A DNA stretch of 64,000 nucleotides from the NCBI GenBank assembly GCA_003427395.1, contig BFEA01000001.1, forward strand, positions 4,425,331-4,489,330, given 5' to 3'. This DNA is from Chara braunii (Eukaryota; Plantae; Charophyceae). The notes under the pieces are model-generated. The model was given only the letters and a program-made list of their open reading frames with translations. It did no database searches and had not been told where the DNA came from. Numbering within the stretch: the first letter of the stretch is position 1; each line of letters begins with the position of its first letter. A program made the position numbers and the translations under genes. Below are positions 36,988-50,220 of the stretch, piece after piece.

Positions 36988-39740
36988 CGACACCTGTAAA
37001 GGCTATAAAACGAGGGCGGGCCGACAACCAGAGTTTCTTGAGAGGCGGGGGCTGTCGGACCACGCGGTGAAAGGTCAAGCGACGGGCGGCAGCGGGCAGT
37101 AGGGCCGTGAGCAGGAACGAAGTAGGCAGCAATACTGGGCCGGATGCGTGCGGAGTAGGAGAGCGCAGGGCAACGAGCGACATCGCAGCAGGCCAACAGA
37201 CGGAGCATTGCGGGGGACGGACGCAAGACCAGCGCCATGAGGGAGCGGGTGCTGAGCGACACACAGTGGGGCGACAGATAGCGGAGGCAGAGGCGGATCA
37301 GGTGGACCTGGCCCGGATCTTCGCCCGGGTGCAGGCGCGAATAGAAGGCAGAGCGTAGTGTTGCAGGTGAAGCGGAGCTACGAGCAGCAAAGCGAGCAGG
37401 GAGGTCGAGTGGGGCAGAGTGAGGGCCGGACACGAAAAAAATAAAATAATAATAATATTAAAAATAAATACGAGATGGAATGAACCCGAGCGCGAATTCG
37501 CACCGGGTGCATTCAGCACATGGAGGAATGAAAATGGCGGGGCGATGAGTTGGGCGCAGCCTGATGGCCATGGTTTGCCTGATTCGCACCAGAAACAAGC
37601 AAGAAGGGATGCAGACTGGGAGGTTAGTGAGAAAAGAGCTGCATTGAGATGGCGGGGAGGTGAAGAAGAAGGAGGGCGGAGATAGCTTACATTGCCCGTT
37701 TCCGGAGGAAATCGAGCGGGGAGACATGCTACACTGAGGGCTTAGGCCCGGGCGACTCAAATGGTAAGGTTAGGTTGGGACGAAAGTTAGTAAGGTGGGC
37801 GGTAGAAGGAAGATGGGGTGCGCTGGGCTATGCTGGGAGTATGGGAGAAGGGAGAATGGGAAGGGTGTTTCTCCCTCGTTTCTGATTGGCTTTGGGCGAG
37901 GGAGAGCTCAAAACAGGGGCTTTCAGCCCTGGCAACCCCGATTTCGTAGTCAGGTGTAGTAGAGGGCTAGTAGGAATAGAGTTAGTGTGAAGTCAGGTGC
38001 GTGGGGGTGTCAACGAAGAAGGTATGNCGGGAGNAGCAACGGCGGGAATAAAGAAACGAGANATTACTCGATCCATGATGGGATCGAGCGAGGAAAAGGG
38101 GCTAAGTAGGGACTCCTCATAGCTATAAAAAAACGAATGGTGGAGTCAATCTTGGGTGTTAGTATATGGAGTTCGGGATACCACGAGTAGGGACTGCGCC
38201 CACGGAAAAACGNGTTTGTGCNGGTGCANCTGGCCGTGGGCGGGGCTAGGTATTTCCACCCTTTAAGATAGTTGGAAAGGGAGTGAGCCGAGTCAGTCGG
38301 ATCAGACGTATCTGTTGGCTAGTGCGTGGCCAGTGTGCTCTACGCCCGGGCGATGAGAGTAGGGAGTAAACCCCTGGGCTGGGAGGTTGGCCAATAGTCG
38401 ACATAGCGGGAGGGCCGGTCGTGGAAGTCAGAAACTTACCTGCTGGCGGATGGTTGAAGCGGGTGCGTACAACTGAGCGAGTGGTGCATAATCCTGACTC
38501 CTAAGCAGGAGCTTCTTTCGACTCCGGCCACCTCAGTTGCGGGCGAGTGGGGTGCTTACCTGATCACGGGGATGCGACCATCTGGTTGCCGGCATCGGAG
38601 TGAGGAAGTGAGCTTGCTTGGGCAATAATCGAGGTTGGGGGCTTGCCTGCAGGCGAGGGAGGCAGTTTACCTCACCGGACTGAGAACAAGGGTCGTGGTA
38701 TCTGCAACGTTCTCATAAGGGGGTTGCTGCGTTTTGCTGTCAAGGGGCTGTTGAGGCTAGGGGTGTTGTTGCTACCATAGCTACGGTGGGCGACTGCTGG
38801 ATTTCGCTGGTGCCGTAGCCGGCGGTTGCCCCAGACCCTGTGAGCCCACTGCCGCGCGGTCTGCTGTTTAGCTTGTGCCTCTGCTATCGCAACTGCTGGA
38901 GTTGCGACACGCTATGTGTGACCGCGGCGTCCGCGGCCTGTGCGCGAACCATTGCTGTATATTGTGGGCATGCTAGTGTTGACCGTGGAAGACTGTGGCC
39001 GATTGCGGCTGGCAGGCTACAACTGTTGCTGCCTGCTGTTGGCTGCTGTAGATTACTGCATATTGTCGCGGTGGTAGCTGACTATTACAACTTGTTGCGC
39101 GGCACGACTGAACTTGGGGAAGGGTGATTGGGTTGTGGCAAAGAGGAGAGGGGTCGCCAGGGGGGTGGTCGCGACCGTTGGCTTTAGAAGTTGGACCGAG
39201 CTGGTATATTGGCCGCCATTGCGGGGCCTTCAGGCGTGTCAAGGTTTCAAGGCCCTCTCCTGCGAGTCTGAGAGCACCCCCCTTGGATCTGAGAGCCTAA
39301 AAACTGTCTCCTTCTGCCCTTCTTACTCTAAGTCTAGTCTACTGGTTCTGAGAGGAAGGCGGCAGGCGGGATTGCAATCCGTAATCCGCGCCAAGGCCTT
39401 TGTGGGAGGTTTGCCCCACCGATTGCGGGAGCTCTGCCGGAACTGAGGAGGAGTTTTTGAGGCAGGGAACTGAGAGGTAATCATTGCCTTCCCTTATAAA
39501 CCCAGTATACCCACTACCTATACACCTTCCTGTGTATTGGTTGATTGGGTTGTATGCAACACTTACTTTGACTTTTTGGACTGACTTTCAGGACACAAAT
39601 CAGACTAACTAAAAGAATGCATGTATAATGACAGTTTCAGTTTCTTTGATTGCCTGAAAGCAGATTGTCACGAAGGGGTTGTATAAGGGGGAAGGTTGGG
39701 AGGAAGGCAGTTTTGCTTGCGATTGAACGGGTCTTATAGG

Positions 39741-40510
39741 GTCAGACATTATTTCTAAGATGAATGACTTGGTTGATGTGTTTCTTTAATTGTGCCAGAA
39801 ATTGTTTCTAAGATGAATGACCTGACTTCTTATTTTTTAGGGATATTGCTTGCTTGACTTTTGAGGGTCAGACATTGTTTCTAAGATGAATGGTCTGGCC
39901 GCTGTTTACTTGGGTGGTTTCTGAACAGTCTCTGGGTCAGACCCAGGGTACTCTGCTTTTTTTGTATGTGTGTGCTAAAAAAGGGAGAGCTGAGCATTGT
40001 TTCTCAGATGAATGACTCATCTCTCCTTGATTGTTTTTGTTATGAGGGAGGGTTCAGACCAAAGGACTGGACATTGTTTCTAAGATGAATGGTCTAAGTC
40101 TGAGGCCTTAAGACCATAATTAGAACGAAGGAATATGATTCTGTATAATGTTGTATATATATGTACTTATATACGAACAAGGATAGTCAGACATTGTTTC
40201 TAAGATGAATGGCCTGACTATAGCCTTATCACAAGCGAAGATAGTATAATCAAGAGTTATAAGTGAAGGTAACTTGGGCCGACAGAGTATTGTTTCTAAG
40301 ATGAATGGCTCAGTCCTACGCTCATTCTTGAAGATTAAGTTCAGAGAAATATATATAATTTGACTATTTAAACAGTTCAGGGCGACTAAGCATGGTTTCT
40401 AAGATGAATGACTTAGTCACATGCCCAATGAAGAGAAAAGTAGTTGTGGAGCCTGTTCGTGTATAATTAAGGCAGAAGGCTGATATTGTTTCTAAGATGA
40501 ATAACCAATC
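39741..40510 (+). repeat. Array of nine bulged hairpins with core CATTGTTTCTAAGATGAATG
   Basis: Cores at ~39747, 39800, 39873, 39995, 40072, 40192, 40288, 40391 and 40483. Most are closed by their own inverted repeat. Confidence 0.9.
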
Positions 40511-42269
40511 CCAATGCCCTATGTATGACGGGAGTAAAGGGTTAAACAACTGAAAGACTATGAACTATTGTTTGCTAAATTGACTTGGGGTGGCGAGAGT
40601 ACTTACCTTTGTGGTTTGGCCTGCATGTGGCTGAGTGAGCTTACTACTTGGTCTGAGTTTTAGTTGACAGGTAGTTGCTTTAGAGGCTCGCCATGTGCTA
40701 GAGCGATAGGAGTTAGCTCAATTTCTGAATTTTCTGGGCTAAGTTTTTTTACTTAGATCAGTTCTCGCATTTTATGAGATCTTTTGTTATACTTGGTTTT
40801 GTATAAATCTTGGTAAGCTACTTTCCCTAGGGGAAGCCAACAGAAAAATTGTGGGAAATTTTCATCAAGTTTTCAACTTGGGCACAACACTGGACCAGCA
40901 TTGGAAGTACGTGAAATGATGCGGCCAACCGTTTAGGAGGGTCGGGTCCATGTTTCCAACCATTTACCAACATGCGGCCAACATGTTTTCAACATGCATT
41001 CAACGTTGGTCCAACATGTTTCCAACACGTTTCCAACAAGTGTGTGTTGGAAAATTTGTGCTCTTAAGTTCCCAGCAATGCAGTTTATTTTTATTTTTTT
41101 ATTTTTATTTTTTTATTTTTATTTTTATTTTTTCCAAGTTGGGATGCGGCCCGGTGTCGGTACCGGGTCCGGTTGTGAGGGCCAAGAGCCTAGTTCAGTG
41201 GGTACACCCACGAACTGTTGAAGTACGGACCGAGAAAGTCAGTGTGCATGCCAGTCGAAAAGTTGAGCATCGGACGCCTCTCTGCAGGTGCGGCGCCCGC
41301 CAACCACGATCTGCAGTAGGAACTGAGTGGGAACATGCCGCCGGGGCCCGTGAGATACGGGACCGGTCACGCAGATTTTTGCCGAAGTCTCGGATGTACC
41401 GTTGGTGTGCTCATTTTCTTCAGCAGCCTGTGGAGCTGCGGGGCAGGGGAAATGCCCTAGTTATTTTATTTTATTTTATTTCGGGACCCGAAGTTTTTTT
41501 TTACACAACTTGTGGACGGTGCCGTGTGACCAGCAAGGGACCGAACTGCTGTTTGCTGCAGACGGCCAGGGCCCTGTCCCATCTGCAAAGAGGTACAGCA
41601 GTGTGACCCGAGCCATGCCCAAGACCTCAAGCTGGCCCGTCCCAAATTTGCATATTTTCGCAGATTTGGGGTTGCAGTGTGACCATGCTAGTGGGAACCC
41701 GCAGTGTGAGTATGTCCTCTGCATGCCTGTTGGGGCCCAAAAGGTGGTGAATCGTACCTGAGCGTGGTGGGGACGGGCGCACCAGGGCAGAGGCCAGTGC
41801 AACGGCTGATCACTTCGAACCCGTCCCTGTTACGGTCTCAAGGCTCTCACTTAAAAACTTGCTAAACACCCCAAGGTCTGCAGCGCGACCTGTTTTCATC
41901 TGGGTTCACGCTGCAAACTTTGCAGTGGACCTTGTGCCCTCCTAGTTGTTGCGGCATCTGAATAGCCACAACGGCCAAGCATAGGTGGCGCAGTTCAGCA
42001 CCATCCATCTGGTGGGGCATGTTGCGTAAGTTCGTGTTGTGTGCGGATGACTGAAAAGTCGGGGGCTGGGTTGGTCCCCAAGCTGTAACCTTGACAGGCA
42101 ACCTCTGCAGTAGGCTGGCACTAGTTCCAAGGCTGAAGATGGGACGAACGAGCCCACCTCAGTCAAATACACCACTGAACTAGTGAAATTCAGACCTGGG
42201 TCCAAACCCAGATGGGGCAGCCGTCCTGTGGCAGCGGACCGACGGGTCTAGATCTCTGCCCAGGAAGTG

Positions 42270-42327
42270 GTCCTTCGGGACATCCGTTAAAACTGGAACG
42301 ATACTGTGAAGATTAGCATAGCCCCTG
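42270..42327 (+). pseudogene. U6 snRNA 5' fragment with a tRNA-like leader (42150-42215)
   Basis: GTCCTTCGGGACATCCGTTAAAACTGGAACGATACTGTGAAGATTAGCATAGCCCCTG, preceded by the hairpins CTGAA..TTCAG and CTGGG-TCCAAA-CCCAG. Confidence 0.88.
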
Positions 42328-42625
42328 AGTATTTTGAGTGACTGGCCGTGGGAGAAGCTCGGGGCTGATAGTACCAGCGGGCCCCTGAACGGTAACGCCT
42401 ACATGCTATGGCAGGTGTCGCACATTTCGTGGGCGCAGCTCCTGAATGTTCCCTTCTTGAAGGCCTGAGCACGGATGAGACTGCCTGCTGCGGAGTTCCC
42501 CGTAATGCCATAAAGACGAGCAGGTGAGTTGTAACACGCTACTTGGTGGATTTCCACTTCCCCTGCCGCCGGCCTCTAGCCTGTATCAATCACCATCTGT
42601 TGTGGTGCCTGGCTGAGTGCACCAG

Positions 42626-43284
42626 GGGTCTGGTCTCACCTACGGTTGTTGAGTTTAGAAAACTCAACGGTGTGACGCCATGTCGACATTAATAAATTCG
42701 AAACAACAAATAAAAGAGCTGAAAAAAACGATAGGAACAGTTTTTCTCCTTATTTTGTATAACGTAACTGGGAGAAATGAAACATGTCTGTAACAGTCGG
42801 AGTGAACGTCTCCGTGAAAAAAGGATACTCCCCGTGGTGAGGGGACAGGAGGTCACCATTTGTAAAATAGACAGGGACGACGTGGACGGCCAAATGCATT
42901 CATTGCCCAAAGAAGGAAATGAGTTTGATGCCAGACAACCAAACACAGTTGTCAGAGTTCCTCCGTTTCAGGATACAATGAGGACTGAAAAAACAAAAAA
43001 AAGGAAATGCACTGAAGTTGAGAAATGTACCCTACCCTCGGTAGAGTAGTTTTCTCAACGGAAAATGGCTTCCCGCCCAAACCAAAAAGACCAATGCATA
43101 CTACAAAACGGATTTCACGTCAAAAAAAAATTCTACAAAATGATTAAATCTAATAGGTTACTCTCCTGTATTTTGGTACCGTTAGATTCGCAATACATCA
43201 ACGGCAGAGCTCCGTCCCACCATGCCACACGTGATAGAAAGCTCAGCGTTGAGAAAACTCAACGCTGTAGGTGGGACTAGACCC
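42626..43284. mobile_element. PIF/Harbinger-like MITE
   Basis: Imperfect ~30-bp TIRs GGGTCT(G/A)GTC(T/C)CACCTAC...GTTGAGTTT. 3-bp TSD CAG at 42623-42625 and 43285-43287. Confidence 0.7.
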
Positions 43285-43289
43285 CAGGT

Positions 43290-44457
43290 AGCGGGGAGAA
43301 GGGTGTGAAGGCAGATAAGGGGGAGCCAAGAGAAGGATGAATCAGGATAGGATTTTGCACCGGGTGCATTCAGAGAGGGGGATGGCGGAGCGGGACGAGA
43401 GGTGAGCTATGGCAGAAATGAAAGATGAATATCCCACCCGTTTCTTGATGAAAACGAGCGGGGGAAGGTAGTAGACGGGGGTTTTGGAATAGGGCGAACC
43501 CAAATCTGCAGTCAGATGGGAAGGGGAGTTAGTAGATGAGGAGATAGAAGAAATAGTATGTACGCGGAGGTGTCCGGAGAGTGAGATATGGTGTGGGAAG
43601 TAATTCATATCTCGCCCGTTTCTTAGTGAAAACGGGCGAACGAAGATTCAATCTCGGGGTTTTGAGGTATGGCGAATCTGATGGAAGCATCAGATTTCGC
43701 ATTCAAACATTAGGCTGGCCAGGTTCAGTGGTAGGGGCTGCGCGGTGCAGAGTAGGCCAAGCACGGAGCGACAACAACCGCGGAAGTAGCAAGGAATCTT
43801 CTCATTTTCTGGTGGAAGATTCATTCTCATTTTTTGGATTTTCTTTCTGTGAGTGATGGAACCAACATGACAACGAGGTAGGTGCGTGGGCGTACGTGTG
43901 AAGCAGGGAATGGAGAGGAAAGAAGATGGAGATCTGTTGTATTTTGACTCGACCAATCCTAGACCGGTTTTCTGCGGAGTAGGATGAGATTCCATGATTT
44001 TGTAGCAAAGGAGAATCCATTGGTGAAGTTAGTTTTGATAGTGGGTAAGGAGATTAGGCGTTAGTGGGAGAAGCAGGTGCGGGGAGACTGGCAAGTGAGA
44101 CTGTGAAGGGAGAAAATGAATGAACCCGGACAGGATTCGCGTCGAGGTGCATTCGCAGAAAAGGAGTGGCCGAGCGGAGCAAGAGATGGGCATGGCAGAA
44201 AGGAGAGAATAACTGGCTTACTCATTCCTCAATGTTTTTTGGCGGGACAAAGTGTGACTCTGCGTTTCAGAGGCCGGGCGAGTTCAATGGTAAAGTTAGT
44301 TTTAGCAGTAGATTAGTGAGATGGGAGTTAGATAGAAAAGTCAGTGCGCGGAAGATGGCGGAACGAAGAAGAAGTGAGAGGAGAAATATCAGTCTCGCCC
44401 GTTTCTATACGAAAACGGGTAAGGGAGGGTCCCCGTGCGGGACCGATGCGCTCGACA
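43290..44457 (+). mobile_element. Deleted fragment of the giant LTR family
   Basis: TTTCTTA.TGAAAACGGGC motifs match the reverse complement of 16550-16620. It jumps at GGGAGG to the terminal GGACCGATGCGCTCGACA. Confidence 0.7.
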
Positions 44458-45784
44458 GACCGCCATCATCATCATGACCAGCAACATCATCATCATCCTC
44501 GTCATTGCCGCCATTGTGGACGTCATCATTGCATTGGATGTCATCATTGCATTGACTCGTTATCATCAGTTTGCGCATTTAATCCGGCGACCTCGTCGTT
44601 CCACCGGGGGAACGATCAAGAAGACCCTTTAGGGGTTTATTGAAGACCTTCCTCGACTAGGAGGAAGGACCTTGATAGCTCCCGGCCGACTGGGAGCGCG
44701 GTATTGTCAATCTATTTCCTCTTACTAATCCCCTTCCTTCCTCTCGTCGATCTCTCTCAAAGATCTCATCTTTTTTTTTTTCTTTTATCTCCTCTCCAAC
44801 CCCCCTTCTATTCTCCACCCTCCCACGTAATTGGTCGTATCATCTAAAATTTATACTATGTGTGGCGTGCATCTTTCCTTCTTGCGCGTGTTTGACAATG
44901 CCGTCCATTCAGTCATTCGGAATTTCGAACGAATTCGACAGGATTAATCTTCATTCTTTCCTCCACCAACACCTGCAAATGGGATTAATTCCGGCATTTT
45001 GATTCAAAAGTCATGCGAATTTCTTTATTTTATCAGATTCCTTTCATTATTTAATTTCAAAATTCAATTCCATTTCAGAAATTCGTGAAATAAATTTTGA
45101 AATTTACTAAATTTTATTCATCTGAAGTCGAATCAATTTTTGTTGTCTGCCCCCCCGTAACATTACGAAATTGTGCAATTCTTATGAAATTCCTTTGAAA
45201 TTCTTTAGAAATGTCTTTCAAATTCATCTTAATCTTGTAACACGGTGAGAAATTTTCCTGATTTCACCTAGATATTCTGGAATTTCTTCCAACCTACTTT
45301 ACTTGGCTATTACTAATTTTTTATAAAATCTCATCGTAAATTTTTAATTTAGGAATTAGTTTCGTATTCTTATTTCATATTACCTTTGAAATTTTTCTAA
45401 TTCCGAAAATACGTCAAGAAAATTTTCATTTACTTCAAAATGTTTCTGTCAACTCGCCTCTACCTATTTTATCACCTCCTCGAACTTTTCAAAAGTCTTA
45501 TGAATATTTTGAAAGTCGATGACTTCTGTTTAAATTTCCTTAGTAATTCTGAATTTAGGACCAAATAATTTCATAATTTTATTTTGAACTCGTGACCGCC
45601 ACGAATTCTGTTTTTTTATACAACATACAACATCCTTTGAAAATCTCATCTCATTCCCTTACTTGAATTCGAAATTCTCACTCTCTCTCTCCCTCACTCC
45701 GACTTTGAATCGTCTTTACTTAATTTCGGAAGTTCGTCATACCTCGTTTTTTACTCGCCTTCCTCTCGTAGTCCCTTACTCCCC

Positions 45785-45853
45785 TTCTTCTTCTTCTTCT
45801 TCTTCTTCTTCTTCTTCTTCTTCTTCGTCGTCGTCGTCGTCGTCGTCGTCGTC
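45785..45853. repeat. (TTC)n(GTC)n compound microsatellite
   Basis: Directly visible. Confidence 0.95.
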
Positions 45854-46314
45854 ATTGTCAGTGTCTTCTTTCTTACAACCTTCAAAATAGCACACATCCA
45901 CATTTCGTTGTCGGATCAGATTGTGAGAGAGACAAAACGAGCGAGTGCNNNNNNNNNNNNNNNNNNNNNNNNNNNNNNNNNNNNNNNNNNNNNNNNNNNN
46001 NNNNNNNNNNNNNNNNNNNNNNNNNNNNNNNNNNNNNNNNNNNNNNNNNNNNNNNNNNNNNNNNNNNNNNNNNNNNNNNNNNNNNNNNNNNNNNNNNNNN
46101 NNNNNNNNNNNNNNNNNNNNNNNNNNNNNNNNNNNNNNNNNNNNNNNNNNNNNNNNNNNNNNNNNNNNNNNNNNNNNNNNNNNNNNNNNNNNNNNNNNNN
46201 NNNNNNNNNNNNNNNNNNNNNNNNNNNNNNNNNNNNNNNNNNNNNNNNNNNNNNNNNNNNNNNNNNNNNNNNNNNNNNNNNNNNNNNNNNNNNNNNNNNN
46301 NNNNNNNNNNNNNN

Positions 46315-46379
<65 letters not shown>

Positions 46380-46652
46380 TAAGGTTTACTACTGGGGGCC
46401 ACAAAGGCATTGAACGACGACTTTATCACAAAAAATGACACGCAGTAATCAACCCCATTTTTTCGTTAATTTTTTTTCAAAACAACAATGACGAACATGT
46501 TCTCAGAGAAAAGAGTGACGAGCATTGGTCATCACGCGAAGAGAAAGGGAAGGTCATGTGCACCCAATTCAAATTTTTGTAGCTCTCTCGGGTCTGTGGC
46601 TGAATGCGCACATTGCTCTAACAACAACATTTTGTGTACTTGTAATTTGGGG

Positions 46653-46704
<52 letters not shown>

Positions 46705-46770
46705 CGCGCGCGCTCTGTCTTTCTCTCCACCTTATTTCTTTTCTTTATCTCTATCACTCTCTCCCTCCAG

Positions 46771-47140
46771 CAGAGAATAACGTAGCTTTGACATAAATTA
46801 GAAAGCTGCAACAATCAACCGTTGTTTGACTTTCAGATCATTCATGCGGCTCGTCTGTGAGGTTGTGAAGAAAGACATCGCTCCAGAGAAAGGTGTCCGG
46901 TTTCAGATGACTGTTGTACGTCCTTTGATAGAGGCTGCCGAAGCATATCCGGTCACCAATTTTGAGAACACAAACAAGGTGGCCATCGATTCGAGGAGGG
47001 TTATGATCCAACTTAAGGACATGAGACTCGTTGATAGGTTGTCGAAGCCTCGTTGGGTTGAGAAATATCAAGGTATGCTGGACGAAAAGGCTATAAACGG
47101 GAAAAAACATCAATGGATGGAGGCCAGACAAGTTAGTTGA
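46771..47140 (+). pseudogene. Divergent histone H3-fold coding exon containing a stop codon and a frameshift
   Basis: NVALT*IRKLQQST followed by FRSFMRLVCEVVKKDIAPEKGVRFQMTVVRPLIEAAEAYPVTNFENTNKVAIDSRRVMIQLKDMRLVDRL. This aligns with H3 TVALREIRKYQKST...[52 protein letters not shown]. A pyrimidine tract plus CAG acceptor is at 46770. Confidence 0.85.
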
Positions 47141-47239
47141 GATGGCAACAGAGCAGGACCAACGAAGAGGAAAGAAGTGTCACCCATCACACGTTCTCTA
47201 GGCTTTTCGGATCTTTGGAGCATGGAGTTGGGGCTTTCT

Positions 47240-49160
47240 TGCTAGTGAAGTCCTCGGTTTTAGGTCAATTGTTTCTTGCCCTCCACCCTTTTGTGACCTA
47301 AATAAATAAATNCATGTACATATATGTGCAAGTATGCCGCTTCGGTGACAGACGGATGTGTGCGCATTTGGCGCTGAACTACACAAACGTGGTTAACCTT
47401 GCATTTTCTATTATATGTTGACTATCTAAACCTTTTTGTTATGGATGCAGACGATGGCGATGAAGAGCGGAGCAGCGACAACACAGAGCGAGACGAGGAT
47501 GAAAAAAAGAGAGATGAAGAGGAGAGGAGGGTGGATGAGACAGAGATGTCACAATTTCCTGAGAGAACAAGCAACGGAAGCGAAAAGAAACGCATCACAG
47601 GGGGAGGTGTTTGCAACACACCCTCAAATGATAGACAACTTATGCAAAAGAATAATTGAATGCAAGAAGGTAAGTAAACTCTACCACCGTTATTCCCCAG
47701 GTAGGAAGTCACTACTTTAGGTAAGTTGCTTATTGCCCTCCACCCATTTGTGGCCTAAATAAATAAATCCATGTACATAGATATGCACGTATACCCTTTC
47801 GGTGATAGACGAATGTGTGGGCACTTGGCGTGGAACCACACAAACGTGGTCACCCTTGTATTTTCTATTATATCTTAGTTATCTAAACCTTTTTGTTATG
47901 GATGCAGACGAGGGCGATGAAGAGGAAAAGCGGAGCAGTGACAACATAGAGCGAGACACGGATGAAGAAGAGGGAGATGAAGACGAGAGGGGGGCGGATG
48001 AGACAGAGATGTCATCATTTCCTGAGAGAACGAGATACAAAAGCGAAAAGAAACGTAGCACGGTGAGAGGTGCATGCGACACACCCTCAAATGACAAACA
48101 ACTGTTGCAAAAGAAGAATGAAACGCAAGAATGTAAGCAAACTCTGTCAGCGTTGCTCCCCAGGTAGGAAGTCACTACTTTAGGTAAGTTACTTGTTGCC
48201 CTCCATCCTTTAGTGACCTTAATAAATAAATACATGTACATATATGTGCAAGTATGTCACTTCGGCGACAGACAGATACGTAGGCACTTGATGCATAACC
48301 ACACCAACGTGGCCAACCTTGCATTTTCTATTATATCTTAGTTATCTAAACATTTTTGTTATGGATGCAGACGAGGGGAACAAAGAGAAAGACTGAAGCA
48401 ACGACAACACAGAGCGAGATGAGGATGAAGAAGAGGGACATGGAGACAGGAGATGGGCGGATGAGAATGAGATGTCACAATTTTCTGAGAGAACGAGATA
48501 CGGAAGCGAAAAAAAAAACAGCAGCGAGAGAGGTGCATGAGACACGCCCTCTAATGCCAGACATCAGGTGCAGAAGGAGAATGGAACGCAAGAAGGTAAT
48601 CGAACTCTGTAAGCGTTGCTGCCCAGGTAAGAAGTCACTACTTTAGGTAAGTTGCTTCTTCCCCTCCATCCTTTTATAGCCTAAATAAATAAATAAATGT
48701 ACATATATGTGCAAGTATGTCGCTTCGAAGAAGAGGGAGATGAAGAAGAGGGAGATGAAGAAGAGGGAGATGAAGAAGAGGGAGATGAAGGGTAGCAGCG
48801 ACAACAAAGAGCGGTGCAAATATGTGTGGACACTTAGCGCTGAACCATATAAACGAGGTCAACCTTGCATTTTCTTTTATATCTTATTTATCTAAACCTT
48901 TTCATTGTGGATGAAGGGTAGCAGCGACAACAAAGAGCAATACGAGGATGAAAAAGAGGGAGATGAAGATGGGAGGGGGGCGGATGAAAAAAAAAAATCA
49001 CAATTTTATGATAGAACGAGATACGAAAGCGAAAACAAACACAGTAGGGAGAGAGGTGTATGCGATACGCCCTCAAATGACAGACAACAGGTGCAAAAGG
49101 AGAATGAAACGTTAGAACGTAATCAAACTCTGTCAGCGTCGCTCCTAGGTAGAAAATCGT
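47240..49160 (+). repeat. Four ~470-bp tandem intron+exon units encoding D/E-rich peptides (degenerate)
   Basis: Repeated TTTTGTTATGGATGCAG acceptor, acidic frame DDGDEERSSDNTERDEDE..., and CCAG|GTA(G/A)GAAGTCACTACTTTAG|GTAAGT donors. Confidence 0.85.
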
Positions 49161-50070
49161 AGTGACAAGTCAAAAAATATGGTCACGTATCTACGATGCA
49201 ACGAAGGTGTTGTGCTTTTTCATACGAATAGTCGATTTCAACCGAAACTTTGCACAACAGTGAAAGGCAACACATGACAGGTTGCAAGAAATTGAAATGG
49301 GAGAAGTTGAATGGACATCAACACAATAGCGTCGTTTCGACCGACATTATTGTAGACATAGTTCACATTGTTTCACGCTTCTCTAAANNNNNNNNNNNNN
49401 NNNNNNNNNNNNNNNNNNNNNNNNNNNNNNNNNNNNNNNNNNNNNNNNNNNNNNNNNNNNNNNNNNNNNNNNNNNNNNNNNNNNNNNNNNNNNNNNNNNN
49501 NNNNNNNNNNNNNNNNNNNNNNNNNNNNNNNNNNNNNNNNNNNNNNNNNNNNNNNNNNNNNNNNNNNNNNNNNNNNNNNNNNNNNNNNNNNNNNNNNNNN
49601 NNNNNNNNNNNNNNNNNNNNNNNNNNNNNNNNNNNNNNNNNNNNNNNNNNNNNNNNNNNNNNNNNNNNNNNNNNNNNNNNNNNNNNNNNNNNNNNNNNNN
49701 NNNNNNNNNNNNNNNNNNNNNNNNNNNNNNNNNNNNNNNNNNNNNNNNNNNNNNNNNNNNNNNNNNNNNNNNNNNNNNNNNNNNNNNNNNNNNNNNNNNN
49801 NNNNNNNNNNNNNNNNNNNNNNNNNNNNNNNNNNNNNNNNNNNNNNNNNNNNNNNNNNNNNNNNNNNNNNNNNNNNNNNNNNNNNNNNNNNNNNNNNNNN
49901 NNNNNNNNNNNNNNNNNNNNNNNNNNNNNNNNNNNNNNNNNNNNNNNCAAATGTGGCCAAGCTTATGAAGCGGTGAGAACCACATGCGAGACGAAAGTGC
50001 CCCCCAAAGTTCACTACTGCGTGACATTTACGTGGTCAACAGGGACATCGTTTCAGTTTTGACACGCAGT

Positions 50071-50143
<73 letters not shown>

Positions 50144-50220
50144 AGTATCCTATAAAAACGATTCCAAGTTGTAAAAAAACTTAACAAATCGTCTGTGTCA
50201 TTCCATTTTGACCGACACGT

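Noticed and set aside
38430-38570. ACTTACCTG as a U1 snRNA 5' end
   Set aside because: No downstream U1 sequence. Better read as antisense splice donors.
39741-40510. CRISPR-like repeat-spacer appearance
   Set aside because: Eukaryotic LTR context, irregular spacing (50-120 bp), degenerate repeats, spacers conserved between LTR copies, and no cas genes.
43245-43280. Helitron 3' hairpin plus CTAG
   Set aside because: It is part of the right TIR of the 42626-43284 MITE and is not followed by the expected T.
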